The notes under the pieces: generated by a model
Told to the model about the DNA's origin: nothing
What the model saw: only the letters and a program-made list of their open reading frames with translations
Databases searched by the model: none
Made by a program: the position numbers and the translations under genes
Assembly: GCA_024278275.1 (NCBI GenBank)
Contig: JAJRTN010000039.1
Location: forward strand, 21,030 to 85,029
Length of the DNA stretch: 64,000 nucleotides
Direction of reading: 5' to 3'
Origin: Candidatus Hydrogenedentota bacterium
GTDB lineage: Bacteria > Hydrogenedentota > Hydrogenedentia > Hydrogenedentales > JAJRTN01
Part shown: piece after piece, positions 59,108-64,000 of the stretch
Layout: every line of letters begins with the position of its first letter
Numbering within the stretch: position 1 is the first letter of the stretch

Positions 59108-59614
59108 CTACCCGCTTCCTCCCTGCACGCGCGCCTCGTGGGCGAACACACGGCCCAGCACGGTGAAGACGAGGGGCGTCAGTACCGCGGTATAAAACGC
59201 CGTAGGCACCACCGACGTGAGCAGGGTATAGAAGAAACCCAGCCGGGGTTCCTGCACATAGCGGATAATCGTGTGAAAGAAGCCGTCCACCAGGGCCGCG
59301 CACAACACCGAACCCGCTTTCACCGCGGGGTGCTCCGTGACAAAGCGCGTCGAGATGCGGCCTACGGCGTAGGCCACAATGACATGGCCGAACACGTGAT
59401 GTCCCAGCACCGTGTTGGTCACCGTGTCCTGGTAGATGCCGCCTATCACCCCCGTGAACATGGCCCGTTCCTCCCCTTCGGTGATGGCGAAATAAACCAC
59501 GATCAGCAACGTGAGATCAGGCGTCACGCCCTGCAGCCGGAGCATGTCGGGCCAGGTGGTCTGAAACACCGCGGCAATCACGATGGTGGTCACCCATTTG
59601 AAGTTCTTTATCAT
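59108..59614 (-). CDS. mreD: rod shape-determining protein MreD
   Basis: Start MIKNFKWVTTIV at 59614 overlapping the mreC stop (ATGA). Five TM helices. The track ORF is over-extended to 59788. Confidence 0.8.
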   Translation of the reverse strand: MIKNFKWVTTIVIAAVFQTTWPDMLRLQGVTPDLTLLIVVYFAITEGEERAMFTGVIGGIYQDTVTNTVLGHHVFGHVIVAYAVGRISTRFVTEHPAVKAGSVLCAALVDGFFHTIIRYVQEPRLGFFYTLLTSVVPTAFYTAVLTPLVFTVLGRVFAHEARVQGGSG

Positions 59615-60537
59615 GGGGCGAAGCGATCCTGAATCGTGCGGTTGTCCGGCATCTCCGGGGCGTTCGAAAAGTCCCCCGTGGCGGACGGCCCCGCCAACTC
59701 CTCCGCCGTCAGGCTCGCCTTGATCACCACGAACACCTCGTCCAGACGGTAGGGATCCACGCTCGGCATAACATCGGCATAACGCCACAGCGTCTCACTG
59801 TGGTGAACCCGCGTGATGGTGCCCACGGGATAGCCTGACGGAAACACGCTTTCCGGGCTGGTCACCACCAAATCCCCTTGACGAACATCATCGTTGATGT
59901 CGATGTACTCCAACGTGCAAATTACGCTCAGGTCACTCTTGCTCGCTTTGATGATCCCATCATACGCGCGAATCCGGTTGCGGCGCACCATGGCGCCCAC
60001 GTTGCAGTAGGGGTGATGAAGCGTGGCCACCGTGGACGCCCGGCCGCCCACCTCGGTGATGATGCCCACCACGCCGTCCGCCGTAATAACGCCCATCGAT
60101 TCCCGCACCCCGTGCAGGGCGCCGCGATCAATGGTGAGCAAACCTTTCGCCGTACCCAGTACCGATGCCGGAAGCAGACTCAGGCGCCGTTCGTCCCGCT
60201 GGAACTTCAGCATGGTTCGGAGACGCCTGTTCTCGCGTTGCACCTCCACGAGCCGCGTAAGGGATTGCTTCATTTTCACCAGGTCGTGAGCACGCGCCTC
60301 ATTCTCCGTCCGGAGGTCGTTGTAGCCCAGAAACAAGTCCAGGACATAGTCCGTACCCGAAGCGGTCGCCCGCTGAGCCACCAGGAAAGGATAGGCCGAC
60401 ATGGCCGCCACGCGGCGCACCGATTTATGCACGATGGTGGCCTTGGTTCCCAGCGCCATGGAGAGCAGCGACAACAGGGTCAAGGCGACAAGCAGCGCCA
60501 GGGGGCGGTTGCCGGTCAACGTGGGAAAGAGCCTCAT
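59611..60537 (-). CDS. mreC: rod shape-determining protein MreC
   Basis: 308 aa, N-terminal TM helix, coiled-coil, then beta domain. Position between mreB and mreD. Confidence 0.85.
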   Translation of the reverse strand: MRLFPTLTGNRPLALLVALTLLSLLSMALGTKATIVHKSVRRVAAMSAYPFLVAQRATASGTDYVLDLFLGYNDLRTENEARAHDLVKMKQSLTRLVEVQRENRRLRTMLKFQRDERRLSLLPASVLGTAKGLLTIDRGALHGVRESMGVITADGVVGIITEVGGRASTVATLHHPYCNVGAMVRRNRIRAYDGIIKASKSDLSVICTLEYIDINDDVRQGDLVVTSPESVFPSGYPVGTITRVHHSETLWRYADVMPSVDPYRLDEVFVVIKASLTAEELAGPSATGDFSNAPEMPDNRTIQDRFAP

Positions 60538-60619
60538 GGGCCGTTCCCCCCGTAACGGGGCACCGGGGTGGCGGACCCGGTCCCCCGGGCACTATGACGA
60601 TCACACTGCCGCCTGCCCG

Positions 60620-61747
<1,128 letters not shown>

Positions 61748-61840
61748 TTATAACAAAAGCCCCCATCCATTCCAAAGCCTGGCGGAAAGGCCGGCCGGCT
61801 TGCACCAGCCGGCGCGGCGGGGATATAGTTGTCCCCCGCG

Positions 61841-61924
61841 GGGCGAGTGGTGGAACTGGCATACACGACGGACTTAAAATCCGTTGCCCGAAAGGGCTTG
61901 TGGGTTCGAATCCCACCTCGCCCA
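61841..61924 (+). tRNA. tRNA-Leu (anticodon UAA), type II with long variable arm
   Basis: Acceptor GGGCGAG/CTCGCCC plus discriminator A. D-arm GTG-GAACTGGCATA-CAC. Anticodon stem ACGGA/TCCGT with loop CTTAAAA. Variable stem GCCC-GAAA-GGGC. T-arm GTGGG-TTCGAAT-CCCAC. No encoded CCA. Confidence 0.85.
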
Positions 61925-62003
61925 CGACTATCAAGCATGAGGGGCCTGTTTTGTCCGCCGGCCATGGCCGCGCGGAGGATATGCCGGTCGTCGCAATGGT
62001 GTC

Positions 62004-63392
62004 TTAACCCGGCTGGCCGGGGTAAAAGCGTTCCCGGTGCCGGTCGGCGAGGACCTTGAGCCGGGCCGTGACCTCCGGATATTTCTCCGCCACGTTACAC
62101 CGCTCCAGGGGATCATTCTCCATGTCGAACAGGGAGAGCTTGATCCGTGCGATGGCATAACGCCCGGGCTTTCCGTCGGCCCCCGCTTCGACGAGCGTTC
62201 GGTAAGGGTGGGGCAGGTGCAGCTTCCAGCGCCCGTCTCCACTGATGACGCCCTCGAAACGCGACCCCGTGGAAAAAGGATAGTATGCGTGGGGATTCGC
62301 GCCGGGTTTCCCGGTGACAAGGTCCCATACGTCCTTACCGTCAATGGGGTTTTCCGGAAGCGGCGCCCCCGCGAGGCGGGCGAATGTGGGCAGCATATCC
62401 ACCGTACTGAAAGCCCGCGTCGAGCAGGATCGCGCCCGGATATGGCCGGGATACTTCATGATGCAGGCGCTGCGCACCCCGCCGTCAAAGGAAGTTGCCT
62501 TGGCCTCCCGAAAGGGCGTGCGCCCGGCATGATTGCCGTAGGATATCCATGGGCCGTTATCGGAAGAGAAAAAGACAACCGTGTTGTCCTCCAGGCCGTT
62601 CTCCTGCAGGGCCCGCATGATCTCTCCCACGGACCAGTCGAGCTCCATCATCACGTCGCCGTAGAGGCCCGCGCCGGATTTACCCCGAAACTTTTCGCTG
62701 CAAAAGAGTGGCACGTGGGGCATGGAATGAGGCACATAAAGGAAGAAAGGATTGTCCCTGTTCCGCTTGATGAAATCAACGGCGTGCTCGGTGTACCAGG
62801 TTGTCAGGTGGGGCTGGTCGTCCCGCGTCATTTCCTCGATAATAATCTTGCCGTTCTCCCAGAAGTGAAGGGGGAACTGCTTCCAGTGTTCGGGATTGCC
62901 GGGATGGAAGGACCACATGTCGTTGGAATACATGAGCCCGCAGGATTCATCAAAGCCGCGGGCGGGCGGACGCGTGTCCGGTTGATCGCCAATATGCCAT
63001 TTTCCGAAGACCGCGGTCCGGTAGCCCGCATTCTGGAAAACCTCGCCCATGGTCGCGAAGCTTGGATCCAGCCCACGTGCATTCGGCGGGTGGGCGCCGA
63101 CCACCTTGGTACGGCCCGGATAGCAGCCACTGAGCAGGGCCGCCCGCGACGCGGAACAAATCGCCTGGGGCACGTAGAAGTTGCGGTAGACACACCCCTC
63201 CCGCGCCAGGCGTTCCACGTGGGGCGTCTTGTAGGCGTTCTCCCCGAAAGGCTCGAAGTCGGCCCAACCGGAATCATCGAGAAAGATAAGGACGAAATTG
63301 GGCGGACGTTTTTTCCCGGCCCGCGCCCCGGCACACAGCGTCACGCCAACCCCCACCTGTGCAAGAAAAGTTCGTCGGCTTATTGATTTCAT
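62004..63392 (-). CDS. sulfatase (formylglycine-dependent arylsulfatase family), Tat/Sec-exported
   Basis: Start MKSISRRTFLAQVGVGVTLCAGA after GGAGGA. FGE target motif CSASR in PQAICSASRAALLSG. The track ORF is over-extended to 63704. Confidence 0.85.
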   Translation of the reverse strand: MKSISRRTFLAQVGVGVTLCAGARAGKKRPPNFVLIFLDDSGWADFEPFGENAYKTPHVERLAREGCVYRNFYVPQAICSASRAALLSGCYPGRTKVVGAHPPNARGLDPSFATMGEVFQNAGYRTAVFGKWHIGDQPDTRPPARGFDESCGLMYSNDMWSFHPGNPEHWKQFPLHFWENGKIIIEEMTRDDQPHLTTWYTEHAVDFIKRNRDNPFFLYVPHSMPHVPLFCSEKFRGKSGAGLYGDVMMELDWSVGEIMRALQENGLEDNTVVFFSSDNGPWISYGNHAGRTPFREAKATSFDGGVRSACIMKYPGHIRARSCSTRAFSTVDMLPTFARLAGAPLPENPIDGKDVWDLVTGKPGANPHAYYPFSTGSRFEGVISGDGRWKLHLPHPYRTLVEAGADGKPGRYAIARIKLSLFDMENDPLERCNVAEKYPEVTARLKVLADRHRERFYPGQPG

Positions 63393-63678
63393 GGGAGATT
63401 TCCTCCAGAGGCACTTGCGAACAGAAGGTCTTTTCACATGCCATCCGCCACACCGCGTTCGGTCCCGGTATTTCTTTTGCTGCGCCCAGAAAACCGCAAC
63501 ATACAGGCCCGGGTGGCTCTTACGCCGAAAAACACCTTTTCGCAAATGGCATTTCCAACATTCCTGCCATGGCTGGAGCATACCCTTTCGCCCCCCCTTT
63601 TTGCACGGCCATTCGTTACGTGCCAGGCCCAAAAGGCGGCAGGCCGCCCGGTTGACGGCACGAAAAAGCCGTCCAAAA

Positions 63679-64000
63679 TCAGAAAACGGGCGGTGGCGCG
63701 TCAAAGCGCTCCATCAGGACCTGCCGTGCCGCGCCGGCAAAAAAAATCGACCCCGTGACGAGCAGAGGACATTCACCGGTGGCGAGGGCCATCCCGCGTT
63801 CAAGGGCTTCTTCAAGATCTGGCAGGCACTGGTGAGGCCAATCGCCCGCGGCCCTGATCAGCGCGCCCAAGGGCAGGGCGCGGCTTCCACCGAATTCAGT
63901 GAGGATAAGGGCGGGTTCATCGCTACCGGTCCGTTGGGCAAGTGGCGCCAGGCAGTCCAGGATGCCGCGGGCATCTTTATCGGAGGAAATGGCCACCACC
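63679..64000 (-). CDS. folylpolyglutamate synthase / dihydrofolate synthase, C-terminal part (gene starts beyond the window end)
   Basis: ...VAISSDKDARGILDCLA...ILTEFGGSRALPL...LLVTGSIFFAGAARQVL, collinear with the FolC C-terminal domain. Open to the window edge. Confidence 0.6.
   Translation of the reverse strand, partial: VVAISSDKDARGILDCLAPLAQRTGSDEPALILTEFGGSRALPLGALIRAAGDWPHQCLPDLEEALERGMALATGECPLLVTGSIFFAGAARQVLMERFDAPPPVF

Noticed and set aside
62037-63386. 449-aa plus-strand ORF opposite the sulfatase
   Set aside because: Antisense. The minus-strand product has the Tat signal and the CSASR sulfatase motif.

Overview
High-GC (~65%), densely coding bacterial chromosomal segment, mostly on the minus strand. 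By inference it comes from the PVC superphylum (Planctomycetota-like): it carries a DUF1559 prepilin-leader protein, a DUF1080 protein, a sulfatase, an LVIVD-repeat lipoprotein and a GH2 beta-galactosidase. There are no rRNA genes, CRISPR arrays, transposases or integrases. The window holds two type IV pilus / T2SS-like gene clusters. One is pseudopilins, pilC, a gspE-like ATPase, pilT and pilB at 1-8025. The other is pilR, pilS, pilT and pilB at 12640-18643, headed at 18728-21127 by an unusual gene. That gene fuses a PilB/MshE-type N-terminal (putative c-di-GMP-binding) domain, through a long repeat-rich linker, to a DnaA domain-III AAA+ module. A third, orphan pilT sits at 36627-37706. Also present: the mreB-mreC-mreD-mrdA-rodA-rng cell-shape cluster, menE-menC-menA, infA, pgi, purN, dapF, ddl, xth, a RadC(JAB)-DinG helicase fusion, a HepT/MNT toxin-antitoxin pair, an HD-GYP phosphodiesterase and tRNA-Leu(UAA). 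Non-genic structure includes a family of palindromic MITE-like repeats (at least 6 copies, one inserted in frame inside menE), a recurring CCGTTCACGG-core motif at conserved positions upstream of several genes, and direct repeats upstream of the pilB operon. Several very long ORFs in the six-frame track are antisense artefacts of high GC content.
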